Below, piece by piece: positions 9,949-19,373 of a stretch of DNA of 64,000 bases. The stretch comes from Promethearchaeota archaeon. Lineage in GTDB: Archaea > Asgardarchaeota > Lokiarchaeia > Sigyniarchaeales > SOKP01. The notes under the pieces are model-generated. The model was not told the origin of the DNA and made no database searches. It saw only the letters and a program-made list of their open reading frames with translations. The first letter of the stretch is position 1. Each line of letters opens with the position of its first letter. The stretch covers positions 64,001 to 128,000 of the forward strand of contig JBHLMP010000001.1 of assembly GCA_048938025.1 (NCBI GenBank). The letters run 5' to 3'. The position numbers and the translations under genes were made by a program.

Positions 9949-11859
9949 ATGAGTTTTGAAGGAGAATTACAAAAAATCAAGGATGAAATAATAGAAAATC
10001 TTCCTCCTGAAATTACTGTTAAAAAAATTGAATTCGAGGGTCCTGAAATTGCAGTATATTCTGAAAATTCTGATGTTGAAGCGACCGAAAGCTCAACAGT
10101 CCTAAAAGATTTAGCAAAAACTATGCGAAAGCGAGTTGTTTTTCGCTGGAATGTAGAAAAGCGTAAAGACCCTTCCGAAACTGAAAGTTATATAAGAAAT
10201 TTAATTGGTGAGGAAGCAGAAATTACTGCTATTGAATTCGATCATACTCGAGGTGAAGTTATAATTGAATCGGGAAAGCCTGGTTTAGTTATAGGTAAAA
10301 AAGGAATTAATTTAAAAGAAATTAGAACCAATACATTTTGGCAGCCTAAGACAATTAGAACTCCACCATTAGCGTCGAGAACAATTCAATTGATAAGAGG
10401 AATGTTGACAAAAGAACGGCAAACTCAAAAAGATATTTTACTACGAATAGGAAAAAGAATACATAGACCAACTGTATTTAAAGATTTAAATATTAGATTA
10501 ACTGCTTTAGGTGGATTTCGTGAAGTTGGGAGATCATGTATTTTAATGCAAACTAGAGATAGTAATATTTTACTAGATGTGGGATTAAATGTAGGAAATC
10601 CTATTGATAAATTCCCTTTTTTTGATATTCCTGAATTCTCAATTAGAGATCTGGATGCTGTTATCATTTCACATGCCCATCTAGATCACTGTGGTCTTGT
10701 GCCATTTCTTTATAAATACGGTTATCTTGGACCAGTCTATTGTACATTACCTACTCGTAATCTATCTACTATGTTACAATTGGATTTTATACAAATCTGT
10801 GAAAAAGAAGGGACTCCACCACCTTATTCTAAAAGAGATGTTAAACAAACAGTACTTCATACAATTCCACTTTCTTGGGGAAAAGTAACAGATATTGCTC
10901 CTGATATTAAATTAACACTCCACAATTCAGGTCATATTTTAGGTTCTTCCATGATTCATTTACATTTTGGTAAAGGAGGATATAATTTTGTATACACAGG
11001 AGATTTTAAATATCAAAAAACACGTTTACTTGAAAAAGCTAATGTCAAGTTTCCTAGAGTAGAAAGTTTACTTATCGAATCTACTTACGGTGGACCACAA
11101 GATCGCATCCCAAGCAGACAAGAATCTGAGAGAGAACTCAGACAAATTTTAAATACAACACTTAAAAGGGGAGGAAAAGTTCTAATTCCTGTTTTAGCAG
11201 TTGGACGAGCACAAGAACTAATTATCGTTTTAGAAGAATATATTTCTAAAGGATTAATTGATAAGGTACCAATATTTCTTGATGGGCTGATTTCAGAAGC
11301 AACAGCAATACATACGGCAAATCCTGACTTTCTTAGTTCAGATTTGAGAGAAAAAATCTTACATCAAGGAAAAAATCCTTTTTTATCTGACTATTTTGAG
11401 ACGGTCAGTTCTCAAGATGAAAGATTAGATATTGTACAAGGTGGTCCTTGTATAATCTTAGCAACTAGTGGTATGTTAATCGGAGGTCCTTCAGTGCAAT
11501 ATCTTAAAGCTTTGGCAGAAGATAGCAACAATTCGTTAATCTTTGTGTCTTATCAAGTACAGAATACTTTAGGTTCGAGACTTCAAAAAGGCTTCAGAGA
11601 ATTTCAGTATGTAGATGCCAAAGGTAGAACACAACTCGTAAAAGTTAACTTAAAAATCTTTACACTTGAAGGATTTAGCGGTCACTCATCACGGAGCCAA
11701 ATATCTCAATTTTTACGGAGAATCCAACCAAGACCTAAACTAGTTATTGTAAACCACGGAGAAGAATCAAAATGTGTAAGTTTGTCGACAATGATACATA
11801 AAAAATTACGTAAAAGTACGAAGAGTCCTAAGAATTTAGAGACAATTTTATTGAAATGA
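9949..11859 (+). CDS. aCPSF1 (FttA) KH/beta-CASP ribonuclease, transcription termination factor
   Basis: EFEGPEI, KPGLVIGKKG KH domain, GGFREVGRS, HAHLDH, GHILGS and GFSGH motifs; 636 aa. Confidence 0.95.
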   Translation: MSFEGELQKIKDEIIENLPPEITVKKIEFEGPEIAVYSENSDVEATESSTVLKDLAKTMRKRVVFRWNVEKRKDPSETESYIRNLIGEEAEITAIEFDHTRGEVIIESGKPGLVIGKKGINLKEIRTNTFWQPKTIRTPPLASRTIQLIRGMLTKERQTQKDILLRIGKRIHRPTVFKDLNIRLTALGGFREVGRSCILMQTRDSNILLDVGLNVGNPIDKFPFFDIPEFSIRDLDAVIISHAHLDHCGLVPFLYKYGYLGPVYCTLPTRNLSTMLQLDFIQICEKEGTPPPYSKRDVKQTVLHTIPLSWGKVTDIAPDIKLTLHNSGHILGSSMIHLHFGKGGYNFVYTGDFKYQKTRLLEKANVKFPRVESLLIESTYGGPQDRIPSRQESERELRQILNTTLKRGGKVLIPVLAVGRAQELIIVLEEYISKGLIDKVPIFLDGLISEATAIHTANPDFLSSDLREKILHQGKNPFLSDYFETVSSQDERLDIVQGGPCIILATSGMLIGGPSVQYLKALAEDSNNSLIFVSYQVQNTLGSRLQKGFREFQYVDAKGRTQLVKVNLKIFTLEGFSGHSSRSQISQFLRRIQPRPKLVIVNHGEESKCVSLSTMIHKKLRKSTKSPKNLETILLK

Positions 11860-12149
11860 GGAAATCTCTAAGGAGAAAAAACCTAATGGAGACTTGGACA
11901 ATCCCCAACAATTTGTCCTCATATGAATATACTATTTAAAGCAAACACTAAAATTAATAAACCTTAGCTCCAAGATTTTATTAGAACACTCTCATTATCA
12001 TCCGGCAAGTTCCCTTTTCTGATATGGATTTTCGAATATATTGAAATTACTTTCTAAAGGTTTAGATATTAAATTTAATTCTAGTTCTAAAAATTAATTT
12101 TTTTAAATAGTATTAATTACTATGTCTAAATAGAATTTAGTGGTATTAT

Positions 12150-13091
12150 TTGAATATTAAAATCTCCAGACTAAAAAATCGATCAATTACAATAATTAGA
12201 CATATTGTTCAAATTATAGCTTTCTTATTGATAAATTATATTATTTTAGAAATAATTTTCTCGATAAATTTATTACGTTTAGAGGGGATAATAAAATTTT
12301 TGCCTGTTTTAAACTCTCCCAGAAACCCACTTTCAGAAGGGGCAGGTATTCTTGAATACATCTTTTTCTTTCTCGCAGAAGGAATATTTCCATTCCTACT
12401 TTTAGGGATTCTTATTTTAATAATATTATTTACTAATAGATTTTTTTGCGGATGGATATGCCCCATTGGGACAATTCAGGATGCATGTGCAGCAGTACCA
12501 ACAAAAAAAAGAACAATCAAAATAGATACTCACAATAGCTTATTAAGAATCAAATATATAATTGTTATTTTTATGTTAATAATCCTTCTTCCTTTAGGTA
12601 TCTCAAGAGTAACCAATTACTCATTTTATCTGCAATTTAAAGAAAATTTAGGTGACCTATCCAAGAAACCTTTGGGATATTTCTCACTATCGGAGTATAT
12701 TTTTGTTTTCCTCCCTAATATGATTAAAGATATATTTACTTCTGGAAGCTTAGCACCATTATTTGCTACTGTATTATCTTTTTTTATATTCTTTATCTAT
12801 TTAATTCTCATAATTTTATCAATATGGTATCCAAGAGTATATTGTAGATATTTTTGCCCATTTGGAGCTGTTGCATCTACTATAAGTGAATATTCATTAT
12901 TGAAACTTTCAAGAAGCCCTGTAAGATGTGTAGGAAGAGCGGACTGTGGAATCTGTGAAAAAGTTTGTCCAAAACAAATAAGAATCTTAGAAGAACCTTT
13001 TGAATTTTTTACAGGTAAAGGTGAATGCAATTTATGTTTAAAATGTAAGGAAGAATGCCCATATAAAGCAATAAGTATAAAATTTGGATAA
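12150..13091 (+). CDS. NapH/MauN-type membrane 4Fe-4S protein
   Basis: RFFCGWICPIG and YCRYFCPFG motifs, two C-terminal ferredoxin motifs, TM helices. Confidence 0.85.
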   Translation: MNIKISRLKNRSITIIRHIVQIIAFLLINYIILEIIFSINLLRLEGIIKFLPVLNSPRNPLSEGAGILEYIFFFLAEGIFPFLLLGILILIILFTNRFFCGWICPIGTIQDACAAVPTKKRTIKIDTHNSLLRIKYIIVIFMLIILLPLGISRVTNYSFYLQFKENLGDLSKKPLGYFSLSEYIFVFLPNMIKDIFTSGSLAPLFATVLSFFIFFIYLILIILSIWYPRVYCRYFCPFGAVASTISEYSLLKLSRSPVRCVGRADCGICEKVCPKQIRILEEPFEFFTGKGECNLCLKCKEECPYKAISIKFG

Positions 13092-13255
13092 ATTTGACAA
13101 AGTTTGGAAAGAAAATATAGAATAAAAAATAAAATCACTTCCTTATTTAATACAAAAAATTTCAATTTTTTACAAAAATCTAAATGATAGATTTTCTAAT
13201 CTTTTATCAAAAGCAATGATGTATTATAAGCTAAATTTTATATCACAATAAAGCA

Positions 13256-14458
13256 ATGGATCCAAAAACAATTGAACAATTAGGAAACCGGATGAAGAGA
13301 GATGTAAATGTAGGTATCCATGGGATATTAGATTCAGAAGCTACTAGATATTATGAAGAAGAAAGCAAAGATATTAGACCACCTTTCTTTAGAGATGTTG
13401 ACCGAATTGTACATTCAAAAGCCTTCAGCCGTTATATCGACAAATCACAAGTCTTCTTTGATGTAAATAACGCAAATATAACTCATAGGTCTCTGCATGT
13501 AACTTTAGTCTCAAGAGTTAGCAGACAAATAGGACGTGTTCTAAGATTAAATACTGATTTAATTGAAGCAATAGCTCTAGGACATGACATAGGTCATAGC
13601 CCTTTCGGTCATATAGGTGAAGAAATACTAAATGAAATCAGCAAAAGATATAATATGGGAAATTTTAGCCATAATGCTCAAGGTATAAGATGGCTTTCTT
13701 ATCTTGAAAAAAGATATCCTAAAAAGCCTGCTAAGGGTCTTAACTTAACTTTGCAGGTTCTTGATGGTATTCTTTGTCATGATGGTGAAGTGAATGAGCA
13801 AAAATTGAAACCTCTTAAAAGAAATGGAAAAACTTGGGATGAGCATCTAAGAGAATATGAAGATTCTTTCAATGAAAATGAAATAAAGAGAATCCCAATG
13901 TCTTATGAAGGCATTACTGTAAGATTTGCTGATACTATATCATATATTGGGAGAGATATTGAAGACGCTATCTTGTTAGGCCTTTTAAATCGAAATGATC
14001 TACCTAACTCATGTAAAAAAATTTTAGGAGATACAAATCCTAAGATAATAAATACTTTAATAACCGATTTATTAAACTTTAGTTTAGACAATGATGTAAT
14101 CGGCTACAGTGATGATATTTTTCAAGCTTTAAAAGAATTAAAATCATTTAATTATAGAAAAATCTATAATAGACGAGATTTATTAAAAAAAAATTCTTTG
14201 GATAAAACTTTCATCGATAAGTTAAAAGAAAGATTCGAATTAATTTTTAAACATTGTCTAAAAGATTTAGAAGAAGAAAATTACAATTCACCGATCTTTA
14301 AGGACCACGTAGAATATATTGATGACGAAAATTTCTCTATTTATTTTAACACCCTTAAAGATCAAAATAAATTACCCTTAATTGTGAGAGATTATATAGC
14401 GGGTATGTCTGATAGATACTTTAGCGAAATCTATATAAAATTTCAAAAACACCTTTAG
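13256..14458 (+). CDS. HD-domain dNTP triphosphohydrolase (dGTPase-like)
   Basis: RDVDRIVHSKAF, THRSLH, GHDIGHSPFGHIGE, ADTISY and DYIAGMSD motifs. Confidence 0.88.
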   Translation: MDPKTIEQLGNRMKRDVNVGIHGILDSEATRYYEEESKDIRPPFFRDVDRIVHSKAFSRYIDKSQVFFDVNNANITHRSLHVTLVSRVSRQIGRVLRLNTDLIEAIALGHDIGHSPFGHIGEEILNEISKRYNMGNFSHNAQGIRWLSYLEKRYPKKPAKGLNLTLQVLDGILCHDGEVNEQKLKPLKRNGKTWDEHLREYEDSFNENEIKRIPMSYEGITVRFADTISYIGRDIEDAILLGLLNRNDLPNSCKKILGDTNPKIINTLITDLLNFSLDNDVIGYSDDIFQALKELKSFNYRKIYNRRDLLKKNSLDKTFIDKLKERFELIFKHCLKDLEEENYNSPIFKDHVEYIDDENFSIYFNTLKDQNKLPLIVRDYIAGMSDRYFSEIYIKFQKHL

Positions 14459-14547
14459 ACTAAATTCATTCGCTTGAAATTTATTTTATATATATCATCA
14501 AAAGATGATAAGATCCTTATAATACATATTTATAAATATAAAAAGGG

Positions 14548-14721
14548 TGGATTACACATTTGAGGATAATTCATAAAAAGCTATCTCAGTTTTACGGGGT
14601 TTTTTTCAGTCATTCCCGAAATTTGGACTTCAATCCAAATTTTCACGGGGTTTTTTTAAAATTAGGTTTTTTTAAACTGATATCTTTTTCTATCCTCCAG
14701 TTTAAATGTATGTGTAATCCA
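14548..14721. ncRNA. putative structured RNA or nested inverted-repeat element
   Basis: Nested stems 14548-58/14711-21 (11 bp perfect), 14562-68/14691-97, 14575-92/14674-89 (imperfect) and a central AAATTTGGA/TCCAAATTT hairpin. Two ACGGGGTTTTTTT direct repeats. Confidence 0.5.
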
Positions 14722-14893
14722 AGTTAAATAATATAGATCTTAGTAAATAAATCTATCTTTTTTGACAAAAAAATAGTCAAAATATATTGATGAGATTTTG
14801 CGAGTCCTCTTTTAGTTTTAGACAATTGAGAAAGGTTTTTTAAAGTAATCAAATTATATTTTACAAGTATTTTTTCAATATTCTTTTTGTTTT

Positions 14894-14966
14894 AGCCCAG
14901 TAGTGTAGAGGTCAAGCATCGGGGGCCCTGAACCCCTGGACCACGGTTCGAATCCGTGCTGGGCTA
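14894..14966 (+). tRNA. tRNA-Gln(CTG)
   Basis: Acceptor AGCCCAG/CTGGGCT (A1-U72), anticodon arm GGGGG-CCCTGAA-CCCCT, T-arm CACGG-TTCGAAT-CCGTG. No encoded CCA. Confidence 0.93.
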
Positions 14967-15019
14967 TTCTCAATATTTTAAATTTTATTAGGGGAGTTAA
15001 CCTTAGATTCCTATTAAAT

Positions 15020-15373
15020 TTAACCAGTTCGTTTAATAATATGGTAACCAAATTGAGTTTTTATTGGTTGAGAAATTTCTCCTATTTTCAATTTAGTGCA
15101 CGCATTCCAGAATTCAGAAACCATATCACCTTTGGAAAAATCTCCTAAATTTCCACCTTTCTTTTTACTAGAACAACTAGAATGTTGTCTTGCTAACTGT
15201 TCAAAACTTTCTCCTGCTTTTAAATCTTCATAAAGTTCCTGTGCTTGACTAAGCTTATTAACTAAAATATGACTTGCCTTTATTTTCCCACTACGGATAG
15301 CTGCTCCACCAGTTCTTACACTAGAAACCTCTTTTTTCTTCTGATAATCCTTACCATATTTTGGTTTACCCAT
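15020..15373 (-). CDS. parvulin-type peptidyl-prolyl isomerase
   Basis: ASHILV, FEQLARQHS, GGNLG, MVSEF and TQFGYHII motifs. Likely start is ATG 15373 (MGKPK), not the overlapping TTG. Confidence 0.9.
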   Translation of the reverse strand: MGKPKYGKDYQKKKEVSSVRTGGAAIRSGKIKASHILVNKLSQAQELYEDLKAGESFEQLARQHSSCSSKKKGGNLGDFSKGDMVSEFWNACTKLKIGEISQPIKTQFGYHIIKRTG

Positions 15374-15440
15374 AATGATTTCAAGAGAAAATTTAAATGA
15401 TATATAATTAAAAAAGAGAAAAATTTTTTCTAAAAATAAT

Positions 15441-15866
15441 CTAATTGACAATTAAATATCTAAAATTTTTAATTCCTTCAATACTATTTATTTCAACAAC
15501 AATTTCTTGAAAATCAGAAAGTTCTCCATTAAACATCAGATAAATTATTGTTTTATGATCAACAAAATTTTGATTCTTACTTACAATCTGATCTTTATAA
15601 ATATTTTCAATTCTATTTAATTTTTTCAGAACATTCCCATCATTAGGTGCTACAATTATCATATTTCCAATAATATTTTTATTTTTTGAGGTAAATTCAC
15701 TATAAGTATCAATATTATATGTATCGATATTAGAAGTATCAACAGTTGACATTAATCGCAATAAGGCATCTCGAATTAATTTAGACTTGTTATCATAATT
15801 TAAAGGTACTAATTTATTTATGAATTTTTTTAAACTTTCACTTATATTAAATGACACAATTGGAAT
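15441..15866 (-). CDS. ribbon-helix-helix (CopG/NikR-like) regulator with ACT-like C-terminus
   Basis: (I)PIVSFNI..L..FI......NKSKLIRDAL RHH pattern. Start inferred at ATT 15866 (alternative GTG 15857). Confidence 0.7.
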   Translation of the reverse strand: MPIVSFNISESLKKFINKLVPLNYDNKSKLIRDALLRLMSTVDTSNIDTYNIDTYSEFTSKNKNIIGNMIIVAPNDGNVLKKLNRIENIYKDQIVSKNQNFVDHKTIIYLMFNGELSDFQEIVVEINSIEGIKNFRYLIVN

Positions 15867-15949
15867 ATTTTAACACCTATAATATTAATAATCGTATTAA
15901 AATATATATCGAATATAACTATATAAATATTTTGAGAGGAAAAAAAAAA

Positions 15950-18316
15950 TCACAATTTAATGGATCGAGCAATTACGTCCTTAAATTTTTCAACATCTTC
16001 CACTAATCGATCGGCGTTTTCATCGCTGATTTTATCATCTTTTTTATATTTATTCAGCTCTGTGAGCCAATACTCAATTCTGTCAAGGATCGCTTTTTCT
16101 TTGTCTCCTAAAAGTTTTCTTAACCTAATAAAAGTATCATGGAGTTTATTTCTAATATTTTGTGCTTTCCATCTTAACATACAATAATCGGAAATTTCAG
16201 CTAAATTCTGGGTAATTGCCATTATATCTATGGTTTTTTCACGTTCTTCTGATTTGATTTTGCGAATGAGGTTAATCTCTTCAAATAATAATTCAATGAT
16301 TTTTGCCAAGAATCCCGCCAATTGCGATGGTGTCCCACTCCAAACTCTAACTTCTAATGATTGATTAGCTTCGGAAACATAAATTCGTGTTATAATACGT
16401 CCTCCACCGATTTTAGCTTCACTACAGTGCCAACTTTCTGCTTCATATTTTCCTTTGACGTCACTTCCCTCATGGGAAGTTACTGTACTTACTTCAAAAC
16501 GTTTTATAGTTCTGATTGCAGCTCGAAAAGCAAGCCTTGGATCTATATCTGCAATTAAAAATGCTCGGGCATCATTCGGTAGGTCTGCGATTGCTATTTG
16601 AATATCCTCGATTGTTGCTAAACATGAAACAACTAGGGGACATTTAATCTGAACCTCTTTTTTCCTTATAGGGATGGTGTTTTTTGCTCCTGAAGCTATT
16701 TTATAGATTACATCACCCCCTATTGAAGAAATTCCGCATTGTTTTGGTTCCAAATAAAAATCTACTCCTCGAGAATTTTTTGACTCAATAACAGGTATAT
16801 TAATCAATGGATTTTTAGTTTTATAACTAGATGGAACATCTAAAATAACTTTTACTGAATGTATTGCCATATCAGTTTTATTTCTGACAGCCACCTTAAA
16901 ATGTAGCTGACCCCCAATAAAATCATAATCACGAACTACTTCAATTTTACCTTTATCTGAAGGTTCATTAACTTTTGGTTTTGCACTAGATTTTTCTTCT
17001 ATTGGTACACTATATGCTACAAACAATTTTTTATGCATGTCAATATATCCATCAATATCTCCCCTACCAATTAAAATTGCTAGATTTTCTTCAATACTCG
17101 ATTCTGTAACCCCTAATCTACTTGAAAGTTCTCGTAAAGGCATAGTTCTATAAGCTCTTGCAAATTCCCTTATTTTAGTTTCAAGATGTTTACTTGTCAT
17201 AAATTCTCTTCGTTGAGTAAAAAGACCCTTTATAGAACCAGTCTTAATTAATTCATGAAGGCTTTTTCTTGCTAATTCTATAGCAATTTTTAATTTTTCA
17301 GCAAGTTTAGAAAGTTCAAATAATCCCTGTTCCTTGGAATAGTTTTTGATTTCCTTAAAAATCTGATCTGACGTAATAATTTCATTTCCTCTATCAGCAA
17401 AGAACCCATTTATCTCTTTTGTTCTCATTAAATTAACACAGAAAGACTTGACAAGTTCACTTGGAATAATGAAGATTTTTGCCAAATCTTTAATTGAAAT
17501 TCTGCCCTTTTTCTTGATTTCTTTTATTAAATTATCCATGATATACTGTTGTGTATAATAATTTGCTTTATCACGTGAAAAAGAGCCTTTTATCTGAAAT
17601 TGCTTAATTAATTTGTAGATAGCTTTAATTGCTACTTCTGAGCTCATATCTAACATTATTGCTAAATCTGCAACTTTAATAATTCCCTCAACTTGAAGTT
17701 TTGAAACTAAACTTTCATTCATTTCAGACGAGATGTAATAAAACATTTGACTTTTTTGATCTATAATTCCATAAATCCTTTCTTCATCCAAATATTTATT
17801 AATGAATTTAATCAATTGTTCAGCTGAAATATTAAATGAATTCATTATAGTCGAAAAATTTGTAGCTGGTCCTCTTTTCAGAAGATCTAAAAAGCACTTT
17901 GGGCAAATTTCTTTTCCTATTATATGTCTTAATCTTTTACTACACAAAATTAGTCTATTTCCCTTAATAAGATCATATCTTATAGCTTCTCTTGCGAGTT
18001 TCTCTTTTGATGGGAAGAACAGACCCGGTGTTTTTAAATAAGAATTCCATCCACACTTATTATTCGTACATTGTAAATAGTGCTGCCCAGAAGATAATCT
18101 TTCTAATGTTAAAAGAGATTTACAATCGGGGCATTCACTATCTTCAACAACAGTACATTTATAATTCGTTTCTATAGCTTTTGCTTTTGAATATATAAGA
18201 TTATGTTTTTTGCATTCATGGATCTCTGTTGTAGCAATATGATTAATACAAAAACTAGATTTGCATTTCTCGCAAGTAAAATCGATTTTCTGGCTTTCAC
18301 AGAATAAACATTTCAT
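15950..18316 (-). CDS. Zn-finger + tandem winged-helix (DDRGK/UFL1/PCI-like) + beta-sandwich/platform-like domain protein
   Basis: N-terminal Cys/His clusters, five LA..L.I....G.I.G repeats, then a beta-rich FKVAVRN..VDFYLEP domain and a helical tail. Confidence 0.6.
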   Translation of the reverse strand: MKCLFCESQKIDFTCEKCKSSFCINHIATTEIHECKKHNLIYSKAKAIETNYKCTVVEDSECPDCKSLLTLERLSSGQHYLQCTNNKCGWNSYLKTPGLFFPSKEKLAREAIRYDLIKGNRLILCSKRLRHIIGKEICPKCFLDLLKRGPATNFSTIMNSFNISAEQLIKFINKYLDEERIYGIIDQKSQMFYYISSEMNESLVSKLQVEGIIKVADLAIMLDMSSEVAIKAIYKLIKQFQIKGSFSRDKANYYTQQYIMDNLIKEIKKKGRISIKDLAKIFIIPSELVKSFCVNLMRTKEINGFFADRGNEIITSDQIFKEIKNYSKEQGLFELSKLAEKLKIAIELARKSLHELIKTGSIKGLFTQRREFMTSKHLETKIREFARAYRTMPLRELSSRLGVTESSIEENLAILIGRGDIDGYIDMHKKLFVAYSVPIEEKSSAKPKVNEPSDKGKIEVVRDYDFIGGQLHFKVAVRNKTDMAIHSVKVILDVPSSYKTKNPLINIPVIESKNSRGVDFYLEPKQCGISSIGGDVIYKIASGAKNTIPIRKKEVQIKCPLVVSCLATIEDIQIAIADLPNDARAFLIADIDPRLAFRAAIRTIKRFEVSTVTSHEGSDVKGKYEAESWHCSEAKIGGGRIITRIYVSEANQSLEVRVWSGTPSQLAGFLAKIIELLFEEINLIRKIKSEEREKTIDIMAITQNLAEISDYCMLRWKAQNIRNKLHDTFIRLRKLLGDKEKAILDRIEYWLTELNKYKKDDKISDENADRLVEDVEKFKDVIARSIKL

Positions 18317-18525
18317 AATTTGAAATTCTTTTTAGTTTTTGAGTCTATATAATATTTAAGAAAATTTATGCTTATTATTTTTTATATAGACCAATTTTAT
18401 TTTTTTAATTACAATGGAATTTTCTATAGATTTTTAAATTTTTTATTTTACTTTATTTAATAGCATCTGAAATAGCTAAAAAATAAAATTCTTGTTCCTC
18501 AATAATAGAGGAGGTATATATTTCA

Positions 18526-19254
18526 TTAAAATTTTACTTCTGGGAAAACACGAATCTGTAGAAAAGATAAAATCATAACGATAGCGTTGAAAACAATTAT
18601 AATTAAAATCATGATTATTAAAATCCTATTTTTTCTAGAATACTTTGGTTTTATAATTTGAGATGTTCCATGTTTTGCTAAAGCTAAAGGAAACAAACCT
18701 ATAAACGTACCTAGTGAAAAATAAAAAACAATAAAAAGGCCATCAATAAATCCAAAATCGGCACTTAATGAATATTGCAAAGCCTGAGAATAAATGATCA
18801 ACTCAAAAATACATGGAGCAAATCCAGCTAAGATTCCAAAAAGATATGGGGTTTTCTTTTTTTCCCAATCAAACTGAAAAATCTCATCTATGTGTTTTGA
18901 ATGAGGTAGATAATCTCTTCTCATAATAAAAAATAATAAAATAAATCCTGCAAACATCGAGGTAACTGCTCCAAAAAAATTAATTGTATAAACATCAGGA
19001 ATTATATCAGGAACAAAAATTTTTGGAATAAGAGTAATAGAAATTGTTATTGTCGCTATTATTAAATTGGAGGACATCAAACCTAACCCATACAACACTA
19101 ATATGAATACACTTCTTTTGGGTGTTTTTGATATACCAAATGACCAAAAAAAGAAAATTGCCTTATCTTCACATGGTATAAAAGTATGCAATATTCCTAA
19201 AAGGAATGCAGGTGTAAAAACTAAGATTAATGGAGGCGGATAAAATTCAAACAT
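18526..19254 (-). CDS. membrane protein of the UreH/DsbD_2-like transporter group
   Basis: LGILHTFIPCED and GFAPC motifs, FSLGT, about 6 TM. Confidence 0.55.
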   Translation of the reverse strand: MFEFYPPPLILVFTPAFLLGILHTFIPCEDKAIFFFWSFGISKTPKRSVFILVLYGLGLMSSNLIIATITISITLIPKIFVPDIIPDVYTINFFGAVTSMFAGFILLFFIMRRDYLPHSKHIDEIFQFDWEKKKTPYLFGILAGFAPCIFELIIYSQALQYSLSADFGFIDGLFIVFYFSLGTFIGLFPLALAKHGTSQIIKPKYSRKNRILIIMILIIIVFNAIVMILSFLQIRVFPEVKF

Positions 19255-19373
19255 TTCTCTTATGAAGATTCAATTTTTCAATTATTATAGCATTTTCTTT
19301 TCTGTGAATATATTTTCAATGATCATATTTAGAATTTTTTATTATATTAAAAGGAACTTCATAATCACAACTC

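Noticed and set aside
11858-11875. GAGGAAATCTC resembling the RNase P RNA 5' motif GAGGAAAGUCC
   Set aside because: It overlaps the aCPSF1 stop codon and no matching 3' P4 motif was found.
13256-14458. dGTPase as an anti-phage defence gene
   Set aside because: It looks like the short housekeeping type and has no defence neighbours.
14590-14657. G4T7 repeats as ORB origin boxes or a telomerase-like template
   Set aside because: They lack the TCCA..GAAA ORB core and lie 19 kb from cdc6; similarity to G4T4 telomeric repeats has no supporting context.
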